From NCBI GenBank assembly GCA_963719085.1, contig CAVRAL010000004.1, forward strand, positions 960,001 through 1,024,000: a stretch of DNA of 64,000 nucleotides. Reading direction: 5' to 3'. The notes beneath the pieces were generated by a model. It made no database searches. It saw only the letters and a program-made list of their open reading frames with translations, and was not told the origin of the DNA. The position numbers and the translations under genes were made by a program. How positions within the stretch are numbered: position 1 is the stretch's first letter; each line of letters opens with the position of its first letter. This document shows positions 11,035-20,291 of this stretch, in pieces. Source of the stretch: a candidate division FCPU426 bacterium. Lineage in GTDB: Bacteria; Oederibacteriota; Muellerivitia; Muellerivitales; Muellerivitaceae.

Positions 11035-12000
11035 ATGAACAACCTGCGTTGGTTCCTCATCCTCGTCGGCCTGGCGGCCATGACCCAAGGTTTTGTTTTG
11101 GTGCTGCCGGCCTATTTCAGGGATCTTTTCACGATCGCCTCCATCAACGCGATTCTCGCGGTTTCCCTCAACTTGGTGAACGGGTTGTCGGGGCAATTTT
11201 CTTTGGGCCAAGCTGGTTTCATGGCCGTGGGCGCCTATACCTCGGCCTCAGTTGATTTATTCTGGATCTCGTCTTGGCATGGAAGCGCTTTTGGAAATCA
11301 GGCGGCCTTTGTGGTTTCACTCCTGGCGGCGGCCTTGGCCGGCGGGTTGGTGGGTTACTTGGTGGGGCTTCCCACCCTTCGGCTCAAGGGTGATTACTTG
11401 GCCATCGCGACGTTGGGCGTGGGCGAGATTATCCGGGTGGTCATCCTCAACATCAACGCGGTGGGCGGCGCCCGCGGGCTTTTCGGCATCCCCTCGGCGA
11501 CCAGCGCCTTTATGACGACCCTCATCCTTTTAACCTGCGTGCTGGCCACCCACCGGTTTGTCCATTCCACGCATGGCCGGGCGCTTTTGGCGGTGCGGGA
11601 AAATGAGATCGCGGCCGAGGCCATGGGCGTGGATACGACGGCCTATAAAGTGAAAGCTTTCGTGGCGTCTTCCGCCGTGGCGGCGGTCGCGGGCGGGTTG
11701 TTCGCCCATTACCTTTGCTATATCAATCCCGGTTCCTTTGATTTCATGAAGTCGGTTGAGATCGTCATTATGGTGGTTTTGGGCGGGATGGGTTCGGTGT
11801 CGGGATCGGTGTTGGCGGCGTTTGTTTTAACCCTCCTGCCGGAAGCCCTGCGGCCCCTGCAGGCGGTGACCCATGTGGACCTTCGCATGGTGATTTACGC
11901 GCTTCTTCTTATTCTCATGATGATCCTTCGGCCCCAGGGGATTTTTGGCCGCAAGGAAATTTGGCAAATGATTATGCTCAAACGAAGGAAACGGGAATGA
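11035..12000 (+). CDS. livM: Branched-chain amino acid ABC permease
   Basis: GQFSLGQAGF, LRLKGDYLAIATLG, AVRENEIAAEAMG; ATGA overlap with livG. Confidence 0.92.
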   Translation: MNNLRWFLILVGLAAMTQGFVLVLPAYFRDLFTIASINAILAVSLNLVNGLSGQFSLGQAGFMAVGAYTSASVDLFWISSWHGSAFGNQAAFVVSLLAAALAGGLVGYLVGLPTLRLKGDYLAIATLGVGEIIRVVILNINAVGGARGLFGIPSATSAFMTTLILLTCVLATHRFVHSTHGRALLAVRENEIAAEAMGVDTTAYKVKAFVASSAVAAVAGGLFAHYLCYINPGSFDFMKSVEIVIMVVLGGMGSVSGSVLAAFVLTLLPEALRPLQAVTHVDLRMVIYALLLILMMILRPQGIFGRKEIWQMIMLKRRKRE

Positions 12001-12779
12001 GCGCGGCCCCGGTGCTGGACATTCAAAAGGTGACCCTGGCCTTTGGCGGCCTGGTCGCGGTCGACCGCCTTTCGATGGGCTTGAACGAGGGGGAACTGGT
12101 CGGGCTCATCGGGCCTAACGGCGCGGGTAAAACCACGGTTTTCAATATTTTGTCCGGCATCTACCGGCCCCAATCCGGCGACGTCCGGGTTTTTGGCAAG
12201 CCCATCTTGGGACTCAAGCCCCACCAGATCACCCACTTGGGGCTGGTCCGGACCTTCCAAAATATCCGGCTGTTCAAGGAACTGTCGGTCGAGACCAATA
12301 TCCAGGTGGCCTTTCATCACGGGCAGCCTTATAGCGTGGCGGCGGCTTTGCTCCAAACCCGAAGGTACCGTTATTTTGAGAAGGCTTTTGGGGAAGAGAC
12401 GGAGCGGCTGATGGAAACGCTGGAACTGACCCACCGCCGGGGCGCCCTCGCGGGGGCCCTGCCCTATGGGGATCAGAAAAAGCTGGAGATCGCCCGGGCC
12501 CTGGCCACCGGCGCGCGAATCTTGCTTTTGGACGAGCCCGCCGCGGGCATGAATCCCCAGGAATCCCAATGGCTGGTCCAGGCCATCCAGCGCATCCGCA
12601 AAGAATTCAACCTGACCATTCTGGTGATCGAGCACGACATGAAATTCGTGATGGGCCTTTGCGAAAGGATCGTGGCCGTGGACCACGGCGTGAAGATCGC
12701 CGAAGGTTCCCCGGCCCACATCCAAAAAGACACAAAAGTCATCGAAGCGTATTTAGGAAAAAAGAAAAGCAAAGGCTGA
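11997..12779 (+). CDS. livG: Branched-chain amino acid ABC ATPase
   Basis: FGGLVAV, GPNGAGKT, RTFQNIRLF, LPYG, LLDEPAAG, EHDM. Confidence 0.94.
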   Translation: MSAAPVLDIQKVTLAFGGLVAVDRLSMGLNEGELVGLIGPNGAGKTTVFNILSGIYRPQSGDVRVFGKPILGLKPHQITHLGLVRTFQNIRLFKELSVETNIQVAFHHGQPYSVAAALLQTRRYRYFEKAFGEETERLMETLELTHRRGALAGALPYGDQKKLEIARALATGARILLLDEPAAGMNPQESQWLVQAIQRIRKEFNLTILVIEHDMKFVMGLCERIVAVDHGVKIAEGSPAHIQKDTKVIEAYLGKKKSKG

Positions 12780-13265
12780 TTTTCACCACCAAGGCACCAA
12801 GACACCAAGAAAGGCGTTATAAATGGAAAGGGAACCGCTTGATCCATCCTTGGACCCGATTGCACAGCAGATCGTTGACTCGGCTTTCAAGGTTCATTCC
12901 GTCTTGGGACCCGGGTTATTGGAACAAATTTACGAAACATGCATAGCCAAGGAATTGGTCAAGAGGGGGTTGCGGGTAGATCGCCAACTTGAAGTTCCAG
13001 TTTCATATGATGGGGAAAAGTTAGACACGGGGTTTCGGTTGGACTTGCTGGTGGATGAAAAAGTTATTATTGAAGTGAAAGCCGTGGAAAGCCTGGCGTC
13101 TGTCCATCACGCGCAAATTTTGACTTATCTAAAATTATCGGGACGACGATTGGGTTTATTGATTAACTTTAACGTTCCCGTTATTCGACAGGGAATCAAA
13201 CGAGTTGTTCTTTGAGGGGGTCGCTTTGAATTTCTTGGTGCCTTGGTGCCTTGGTGGTGAAAATC
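12778..13265. mobile_element. GxxExxY cassette bounded by 35-bp inverted repeats, inserted between livG and livF
   Basis: Left IR 12778-12812 GATTTTCACCACCAAGGCACCAAGACACCAAGAAA matches the reverse complement of right IR 13231-13265 at 34/35; excision restores GGC-TGA-GGTG. Confidence 0.75.
12823..13215 (+). CDS. GxxExxY protein (PD-(D/E)XK nuclease superfamily)
   Basis: VHSVLGPGLLEQIYE, RLDLLVDEKVIIEVKA, AQILTYLK, GLLINFN; more AT-rich than the flanks. Confidence 0.92.
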   Translation: MEREPLDPSLDPIAQQIVDSAFKVHSVLGPGLLEQIYETCIAKELVKRGLRVDRQLEVPVSYDGEKLDTGFRLDLLVDEKVIIEVKAVESLASVHHAQILTYLKLSGRRLGLLINFNVPVIRQGIKRVVL

Positions 13266-13278
13266 GAGGTGATCTTTG

Positions 13279-13995
13279 ATGGGTCATTTGTTGGAAATCA
13301 AGGATTTGTCTGTTTTTTATGACGGGGTTCAGGCCTTGAAGGGCGTCAGCCTGAGCGTGCCGCAAGACGGGATTGTATGTTTGATTGGCGGTAACGGCGC
13401 GGGGAAATCGACCGTGCTGCGGACCGTTTCGGGGCTTAAGCGGCCGACCAGCGGAGAAATTTTATTTAAGGGAGAATCGATCAGCGAGGCTGCTCCACAC
13501 AAGTTAGTGGAAAAGGGGTTGGTTCAATGCCCCGAAGGCCGGGGTATTTTCCCGAAGCTGACGGTTGAGGAAAATCTCGATTTGGGCGCTTACGTGCGCA
13601 AGGACCCGGCGGAAATCAAAAAAGACCTGGAAGAGGTTTACGCGCTTTTTGAGAGGCTCAAGGAGCGCCGCAAGCAATCGGCGGGAACCTTGTCGGGCGG
13701 GGAACAACAAATGTTGGCCATTGGCCGGGCGCTCATGGCGCGGCCCCAATTGCTTTTATTGGATGAGCCTTCTTTAGGCTTGGCGCCCCAAATGATCGAG
13801 ACCATTTTTGAGACCATTGTCGACATCAACCGCCGGGGCACCACGATCCTTTTGGTGGAACAAAACGCCCAGATGGCCCTGGAAATTTCCAACAAGGCTT
13901 ATGTGATGGAAACGGGAACGATTCTTTTGCAAGGCAAGGCGTCCGAAGTCGCGCAAAACCCCAAGGTTCAGCAAGCTTATCTCGGTGAATCTTAA
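13279..13995 (+). CDS. livF: Branched-chain amino acid ABC ATPase
   Basis: GGNGAGKS, PEGRGIF, LSGGEQQMLAIGRAL, LDEPSLGLAP, VEQNA; RBS GAGGTG at 13266. Confidence 0.94.
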   Translation: MGHLLEIKDLSVFYDGVQALKGVSLSVPQDGIVCLIGGNGAGKSTVLRTVSGLKRPTSGEILFKGESISEAAPHKLVEKGLVQCPEGRGIFPKLTVEENLDLGAYVRKDPAEIKKDLEEVYALFERLKERRKQSAGTLSGGEQQMLAIGRALMARPQLLLLDEPSLGLAPQMIETIFETIVDINRRGTTILLVEQNAQMALEISNKAYVMETGTILLQGKASEVAQNPKVQQAYLGES

Positions 13996-14057
13996 AAATT
14001 TTCCTTAAAATTAGAGCTCCGCTTGATTGCTTGTTTTGATCTGGGGGGGCCTTTAAG

Positions 14058-15509
14058 ATGACCCGCTCACTATTTGTCCGGGAGAAGGTTTTGAAAAGCG
14101 TTTTTGAAAGCAAGCTGTTTAAATTTCTGTCCTCGGTCAAATTGGCCCTGCCCATGATCCTTATCCTGGCGGCGCTTTTGGCCGCCGGCACGATCGTGGA
14201 ATCGCTTTATTCCACTCCCGTGGCCAAGCGGTTCGTTTACGGTACCTGGTGGTTCGGAGGTTTTCTTTTTCTTTTAGGGCTCAATGTTTTTTGTTCCGCC
14301 CTGTCCCGGCTTCCTTGGAAAAAGCATCACACGGGTTTTGTCATCACCCACTTGGGCATCCTTTGCGTTTTGGCCGGGTCGCTCATCACCCGCCAATCGG
14401 GCACGGACGGTCAAATCGCTTTGGCCGAAGGCGCGCAAGGCTCCATTTTTCAGGAAGATAAGCCGATCCTTTCTTGCCGCATTGATTCGAATCCGGCTCG
14501 AGCGATCCCAGCGGGGTTTATGTTTTTGGAACCGAGGCCCTCGATTCCCTTTACTTACGCCATCCCGCCGGACGGCGTTTTAAAAATCGACCGGGTTTAT
14601 TTGAACGCCCAAAGGGTTGTGGGCGCCCGGGCGGCCGGACCGCAAGACTCAATTGGAGTTGAGGCGGTTCATTTGAAGCTTCAAAGCTCTTTTGTCCAAC
14701 AAGACAACTGGTTGTTTTTGGGCAAGGATGGCTATGACCGGGTAGATTTGGGACCGGCTTCGGTCTATTTCTCGACGCCTGGAAGCTGGAAAAGCCTGTT
14801 TCGTAAAGAAGGAGCTCATTTTCCTTCGAACGCCCTCGTTTTGCTGAAGGCTCCCTCAGGGGGTTTTGAGTTTCAAGTCCGGCGCCGGGATGTTTGGGGT
14901 CCGGTCCAATCGCTCCAGGTTGGAGTTTTAGAATCGACCGGCTGGATGGACATGCAATTCCAAATTACCGAAGCCATGTCTAACGCGATGCCCGATATCA
15001 CCTATGCCCCCAGCCCCTTGGCTTATCAAAAAGACCCCCAGCCCGCGCTTCACTTTGAGGCCCAAGACGGTCCGCGCCGGGCCGAAGGCTGGCTTGGGTT
15101 TGAGGATCAAATCAATTTTTCTTTGAACGGACGGACTTGGGCCCTCACTTACGGGCCCCGGCAGGCGTCCCTGCCCTTTACGCTTTTCTTGCGCAAGTTC
15201 AACTTAGGGCTGGATCCTGGTACGGAAAACCCCGCTTCCTATGCCAGCGATATCGCCACCTCGACGGGCGGTTCCGCTCCAGGTACGCCTTATACCATCA
15301 GCATGAACCATCCTTTGCATAAGGCAGGCTATACCCTCTATCAGGCTAGTTATTTCCCCTTGGGGGATGGAAAATACACCTCAGTTTTTTCCGTAGGACG
15401 GGATCCGGGGCTGCCTTTGAAATATGGCGGGGCCTTGATCATGGTTTTGGGCATTATTTTCATGTTTTGGTTTAAAAATCCGGCCTGGAAAAAGAAGGAC
15501 GTGAAATGA
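14058..15509 (+). CDS. ccsB: Cytochrome c biogenesis protein ResB/CcsB (system II)
   Basis: FLSSVKLA, GTIVES, WWF, THLG, ISMNHPL, YQASY, DPG plus C-terminal TM; alternative TTG start near 14091. Confidence 0.85.
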   Translation: MTRSLFVREKVLKSVFESKLFKFLSSVKLALPMILILAALLAAGTIVESLYSTPVAKRFVYGTWWFGGFLFLLGLNVFCSALSRLPWKKHHTGFVITHLGILCVLAGSLITRQSGTDGQIALAEGAQGSIFQEDKPILSCRIDSNPARAIPAGFMFLEPRPSIPFTYAIPPDGVLKIDRVYLNAQRVVGARAAGPQDSIGVEAVHLKLQSSFVQQDNWLFLGKDGYDRVDLGPASVYFSTPGSWKSLFRKEGAHFPSNALVLLKAPSGGFEFQVRRRDVWGPVQSLQVGVLESTGWMDMQFQITEAMSNAMPDITYAPSPLAYQKDPQPALHFEAQDGPRRAEGWLGFEDQINFSLNGRTWALTYGPRQASLPFTLFLRKFNLGLDPGTENPASYASDIATSTGGSAPGTPYTISMNHPLHKAGYTLYQASYFPLGDGKYTSVFSVGRDPGLPLKYGGALIMVLGIIFMFWFKNPAWKKKDVK

Positions 15510-17284
15510 TCAGGCTTCTAGAAGCGGTAAACCAACAAAAACTTCGCACGCGAAGACGCAAAGACGCCAAGGAAACCTTTTCTTTCATAAAGTCAAAAAT
15601 ATTTGACGATTTTTTTCTATTAAGGCCCTTCTTGGCGTCTTGGCGTCTTTGCGTGGGTAGTTTGTTTTGGTTAGTCGTAATTTTGGTTCCGGCTTTTGGC
15701 GCGGAAACGTTCGACTTTTCAACCCTCCAGCTTTTGCCCATCCAGAACGGCGGCCGGGTCAAGCCTCTGGATAGTTTCGCGCGTGAAAGCGCCCGGCAGG
15801 TGACGGGCCATGAAAACTATCAAGGCCTCTCTTCCATGGATTTACTGATGAATTGGATCGCCAAGCCGGATGACTGGAGCGGCCAAAATTTTATCCTGGT
15901 GGAAAACCTTGAGCTCAAAAAAAAGTTGGGGGTGCCGGCCGCCCAAACCGCGGTGTCCCCTGAATTTTTATTGAAGAACAGCGGCTTCCTGGATTTCGTT
16001 AAAGCCGTTCTTCAAAAACAACAGGACAAGGTCGCGTTGAACCCGTTGGAAAAGGAAACCCTGGCCCTCTTTGGCCGTCTGCAAAAGTTTGGGGACATCG
16101 AGTCCGGCGACGCTTTGGCCTTCATCCCCGTGCCCGACTCCCCCAACTGGCTTTCCATGGGCGAACTGCGCCGGGCTTATGACAAGGCCCCGAAAAAGAT
16201 GCCTCCAGTCGCCCAGCTTTTACTTTTTCGTTTCGCCGAGGTGCTGAAGGCTTACGCCGAAAATAACCCCGCTGATTTTACGGCCCAGAGCCTGCAGCTC
16301 GAGGCCATGCTCAAACCGGCGCAAGAAAATCCGCAGGTGAGGCCCGGCCGGTTGGCGTTGGAAGTGACCTATAACCAGTTGAAGCCTTTTCGTTGGGCTT
16401 GGATTTTACATTTGACGGCGGCCCTATTGATCGCGCTCTCAATTCTTTTGAGCCGGGTTTGGCTCTTCCGGATCGGACTTGTCTTTTTTGGAGGCGGAAT
16501 TTTGGTCAGCGCTTTTGGCTTCGCGGCCCGGTGTTTGATCGCGGGCCGCCCGCCGGTTTCCAATATGTACGAATCGCTCATCTGGGTGACTTTCGGAATG
16601 ACGCTTTTCGCGGCTTTGTTCGAGATTCTATTTAAAAACCGCTCTTTTGTTTTGGCCGGCTCCATTCTGGCGGTGGCGGGGTTTGTTTTGGCGGACAACG
16701 TGCCGTCGGTTTTGGACCCTTCCATTCAACCGCTGGAGCCCGTGCTTCGAAGCAATTTCTGGTTGACGATCCATGTGCTCACCATCACGCTCAGCTACGC
16801 GGCGTTTCTTTTGTCCCTCGGCATCGGTCATGTGGGCCTTTGGACGCTTTTTCGACATCCCAAGGATAGACAAAAACTCAAAGACCAAGCCCAGCTGCTT
16901 TACCGGGTGGTGCAGGTGGGGATCGTGCTTTTGGCTTCCGGCACTATTTTGGGAGGGGTTTGGGCCAGCTATTCCTGGGGCAGGTTTTGGGGATGGGACC
17001 CGAAAGAAACCTGGGCCTTGATCGCGCTATTGGGCTACGTGGCGCTGTTACACGGCAAGATGGCCGGTTGGCTTCAAGAGCGGGGATTCATTATGGGTGT
17101 GGTCTGCGCCTTTCTCGGGGTGCTCATGGCCTGGTACGGCGTTAATTTCGTTTTAGGCGTGGGACTGCACAGCTATGGTTTTTCCAAAGGCGGATTGCCT
17201 TATGTGATCTCATTTGTGGCCGCGGAGTTTATCTTAGTGGCGTTGGCGGGGGTTTTATCTTCTCCTCGAAAGGAAGCGCGATGA
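15506..17284 (+). CDS. ccsA: Cytochrome c biogenesis protein CcsA/ResC with N-terminal periplasmic extension
   Basis: GRVKPLDSFAR, PVSNMYES, LRSNFWLTIHV, WWD domain GGVWASYSWGRFWGWDPKETW, GLHSY. Confidence 0.92.
   Translation: MIRLLEAVNQQKLRTRRRKDAKETFSFIKSKIFDDFFLLRPFLASWRLCVGSLFWLVVILVPAFGAETFDFSTLQLLPIQNGGRVKPLDSFARESARQVTGHENYQGLSSMDLLMNWIAKPDDWSGQNFILVENLELKKKLGVPAAQTAVSPEFLLKNSGFLDFVKAVLQKQQDKVALNPLEKETLALFGRLQKFGDIESGDALAFIPVPDSPNWLSMGELRRAYDKAPKKMPPVAQLLLFRFAEVLKAYAENNPADFTAQSLQLEAMLKPAQENPQVRPGRLALEVTYNQLKPFRWAWILHLTAALLIALSILLSRVWLFRIGLVFFGGGILVSAFGFAARCLIAGRPPVSNMYESLIWVTFGMTLFAALFEILFKNRSFVLAGSILAVAGFVLADNVPSVLDPSIQPLEPVLRSNFWLTIHVLTITLSYAAFLLSLGIGHVGLWTLFRHPKDRQKLKDQAQLLYRVVQVGIVLLASGTILGGVWASYSWGRFWGWDPKETWALIALLGYVALLHGKMAGWLQERGFIMGVVCAFLGVLMAWYGVNFVLGVGLHSYGFSKGGLPYVISFVAAEFILVALAGVLSSPRKEAR
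15530..15672. mobile_element. MITE/REP-like palindromic element within the 5' end of ccsA
   Basis: 44-bp arms 15530-15573 and 15629-15672 are reverse complements at 37/44; each carries three octamer units (GACGCCAA-like); AT-rich core. Confidence 0.65.
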
Positions 17285-17952
17285 AACTCATTATTACCGG
17301 GGCTACCGGCACGGCGGGGTCCAAGACCCTGGAAGCGGCTTTGGCGGACAAGCGGGTTAAGAAGGTGACGGTTCTTTCGAGAAAGCTCCTCAATGTGAAG
17401 CACCCTAAGTTGAAGCTTATCTTGATGGATGATTTTTCCAATTATTCGAAAGTTAAAAAAGACCTGAAGGGCCAGGACGCCTGTCTTTGGTGTTTGGGTA
17501 TCTCCCAAAACGCCGTGGACGAGGCGGAGTATATCCGCATTACCTACGATTACACCTTGGCGGCGGCGAAGGCGATGAAGGCCGCCAGCCCGAAAATCAC
17601 CTTTTGTTTTTTAAGCGGGGACGGAGCGGCCACCAGCGAAAAAAGCCCGATGTTGTTTGGGCGGATCAAAGGGAAAACCGAAAACGCCCTGGGCCGGATG
17701 GGGTTCAAGCGCCTGTACCATTTCAGGCCCGGTTACATCCATCCTACCAAGGACCAGCCGAAGAAGCTGGTTTATGAACGGATTTTTGAGCCGCTGACGC
17801 CCTTGCTACACCGGTTCCTGCCCAGCATGATCATTTCCTCGGCGGACTTGGGCAAAGCCATGGTGCAAGCGGCTTACGCGGGCGCGCCGAAGACGATTCT
17901 GAACAATTTGGATATTCGGGAATTGGCGGCAAAATCGCCGGCGAAAGATTAA
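17281..17952 (+). CDS. NAD(P)H-binding Rossmann protein (atypical SDR/epimerase family)
   Basis: IITGATGTAG, ACLWCLG, KGKTENAL, FRPGYI. Confidence 0.85.
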   Translation: MKLIITGATGTAGSKTLEAALADKRVKKVTVLSRKLLNVKHPKLKLILMDDFSNYSKVKKDLKGQDACLWCLGISQNAVDEAEYIRITYDYTLAAAKAMKAASPKITFCFLSGDGAATSEKSPMLFGRIKGKTENALGRMGFKRLYHFRPGYIHPTKDQPKKLVYERIFEPLTPLLHRFLPSMIISSADLGKAMVQAAYAGAPKTILNNLDIRELAAKSPAKD

Positions 17953-18049
17953 CCAACATCCCGAGATTTTAATTCCTTCCGCTGAAGCTCCAGGAAAATC
18001 TTCGGGATTCAAGCCCGCTTTGAAACGAAAGACTTATGGAAGCGGGCTA

Positions 18050-19567
18050 TCAAAACCCATACAACTTCCCGAATTTTTTCTCTAAATAGTTCAAAAAGAA
18101 ATCGCTGCTCAGCGGCTTGCCGGTGACTTTTTCGCAAAGCTCGCCCGCCAGATATTTTTGGCCTTCGGCGTGGATTTTTTCATTCAGCCACTTTTTCAAT
18201 GGCGAAAAATCCCCCTTTTTAAACTTATCCTCAAAAGGCCCGGCTTCTCTTGACGCGGCATCAAAGAACTGAGCCGAATAAAGATTTCCCAAAGTATAGG
18301 TCGGGAAGTAGCCGAAACTTCCATGGCTCCAATGCACGTCCTGCAAACAGCCTTTGGAATCATTCGGCGGGGTGACGCCTAAAGATTCTTTCATTGCCTT
18401 GTTCCAGGCCTCTGGCACATCGGCGGCCTTGAGTTTTCCCGAGATCAGGGACACCTCAATGTCGTAGCGCAGGGCCACGTGCAGGTTATAGGTGACTTCG
18501 TCGGATTCGGTGCGGATGAAGGACGGCGCCGAATGGTTGATGGCGAAATAAAAGTCTTCCAGGCTGAGGTCGTCAAAGATGCCGGGGAAAGTCTTTTTCA
18601 ACTCTGGAAAGGCGAAAGTCCAAAAGGCAAGGCCGCGGCCCACCAGGTTTTCCCAAAGCCGGGACTGGGATTCGTGAATCCCCAAGGACACCGCGGAAGC
18701 CCGGGGCGTGCCGTAATGGCCGTTTGAAGGCAAGCCTTGGTCGTAAAGGCCGTGGCCGCCTTCGTGCAAGGTGCTGAAAAAAGAATTCTCGAAATTAGTT
18801 TCCTCGAACCGGGTGGTAATACGGGTGTCCCCCGGCCCCAGCCCGGTGGTAAAGGGATGGGCTGAGATATCAATGCGGCCCCGGTTAAAGTCGAAGCCGA
18901 TCACCTCAGCCAAGCGGCGGCAAAAGTCCTGTTGGGCGGGGATGGGGCAGGCGCGTTTTAAAATTGAGAGATTGGGTTGTTTCTTAGACGAGGTGATTTT
19001 TACCACCAGTTCGGCCAGGCGTTTTTTTAAAGGCGGGAATAAAACATTGAGCTGGGCGGTGGTCAGGCCCGGTTCGTAATCTTCCAGCAAGGCGTCATAA
19101 GGATTGTCCTTGTAGCCGTAGCATTTGGCCTGTTCCTGGGTGAGGGTGATGATCTTTTCGAGCCAAGGTTGGAATTTGGAAAATTGGTTTTGTTTGCGGG
19201 CTTCCACCCACTCGACCTGGGCATTGGAAGTGACCCGGGCCATTTCTTCCACCAAGGCTTGAGGAATTTTTTTAGACCTTTCGTAGGAGCGGGCCCATTC
19301 CCGGATATTGACCGCGCTGTCGCTTAAAGGGTCCTGGGTCAGGCTCTTGGCGGTGGCGGCTTGGGCTAAGAGATCACCCACGGCCGGATCAGTGAATTTT
19401 TGATGGCACATGCCCGCCAAAAGCGAAAGCTGGTCCGCGCGGTAAGGCGCGTTGGCGCCGGGCATGTAAACTTCCTGGTCCCAGCCCAGGACCCCGGCCG
19501 TGTTGCCGAGTAGGGCCAATTCCTTCATGCGTTCCAAAAGATTTTCGTAAGCTTGTTCGGGTGTCAT
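18050..19567 (-). CDS. Carboxypeptidase Taq (M32 family)
   Basis: LGWDQEVYMP, HPF, HEGGH zinc motif, HESQS, IRTESDE, GCLQDVHW, YFPTY. Confidence 0.95.
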   Translation of the reverse strand: MTPEQAYENLLERMKELALLGNTAGVLGWDQEVYMPGANAPYRADQLSLLAGMCHQKFTDPAVGDLLAQAATAKSLTQDPLSDSAVNIREWARSYERSKKIPQALVEEMARVTSNAQVEWVEARKQNQFSKFQPWLEKIITLTQEQAKCYGYKDNPYDALLEDYEPGLTTAQLNVLFPPLKKRLAELVVKITSSKKQPNLSILKRACPIPAQQDFCRRLAEVIGFDFNRGRIDISAHPFTTGLGPGDTRITTRFEETNFENSFFSTLHEGGHGLYDQGLPSNGHYGTPRASAVSLGIHESQSRLWENLVGRGLAFWTFAFPELKKTFPGIFDDLSLEDFYFAINHSAPSFIRTESDEVTYNLHVALRYDIEVSLISGKLKAADVPEAWNKAMKESLGVTPPNDSKGCLQDVHWSHGSFGYFPTYTLGNLYSAQFFDAASREAGPFEDKFKKGDFSPLKKWLNEKIHAEGQKYLAGELCEKVTGKPLSSDFFLNYLEKKFGKLYGF

Positions 19568-19661
19568 GGGGTCCTCGCTTGGGATGATGAAAACGTGATT
19601 TTACAGGGTTTGATCGCGGGACTAAAGAGTCCTATTAGATTTCTGAAAGCCGGTTTACTCC

Positions 19662-19692
19662 AAAATAAAAAGCCCCGGGTTGGGCCCGGGGC
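19662..19692 (-). terminator. Intrinsic terminator after the hypothetical gene
   Basis: Minus strand GCCCCGGG-loop-CCCGGGGC followed by TTTTTATTT. Confidence 0.7.
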
Positions 19693-19699
19693 CGCCTTA

Positions 19700-20131
19700 T
19701 TAAACGGCTTTTTCCCATCTTTGGATGATCTTGCGGTCGATCCTCGCCAGGGCTTCGGCGTCCTGGGGCGCGGCCCAATCCGGGCCGGTGAGGGCCAGGT
19801 CGGGATCATTCATGGCGATCCCCAGCCCCTCAACGTAATCGGGTTGGCTCACAAAAAATTGCCGACGATAGGGGAGTAGAAATCCGCCGTTTTGCCGGTG
19901 CAGGGTCCGCGCTTCTTCGTAGGTCTTGCACCAGTGATTCGGCAAACTTCCGGTGGGCCGCCAATAAAGGTCTTTTTCAACGGGCGATCGCCGCAGCTCG
20001 CGCCAAGAAGAATGGCCGGAAAGGCGGGCCAGCTTGTCCAAGGCGTCCTTGAGGCTGAAGGTTTCGCCGTTTTTTTTCTTGGCTTTGACCAGCAATTTGG
20101 CTTTGAGTTTCAACTTTTCCAGGTGGGACAT
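19700..20131 (-). CDS. Hypothetical protein (143 aa)
   Basis: Plausible ATG at 20131, helical N-terminus (ALDKLARLSGHSSWREL), GGFLLPYRRQFFV; terminator downstream. Confidence 0.6.
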   Translation of the reverse strand: MSHLEKLKLKAKLLVKAKKKNGETFSLKDALDKLARLSGHSSWRELRRSPVEKDLYWRPTGSLPNHWCKTYEEARTLHRQNGGFLLPYRRQFFVSQPDYVEGLGIAMNDPDLALTGPDWAAPQDAEALARIDRKIIQRWEKAV

Positions 20132-20291
20132 CGAGTGACTCCTTTGTCGTGCATCTACCGTTTGCTCGGGAACGGTAGACAAAGGTGATCAATTGTTTTG
20201 GGAAGGTGAGATTCTCTTGGCGAGCGAAAGGCGCCCTTCAAAGCCTTGGAACCAATTTAGGGACTTCCCCCCGCTTTGTCAAATCCGGCCT

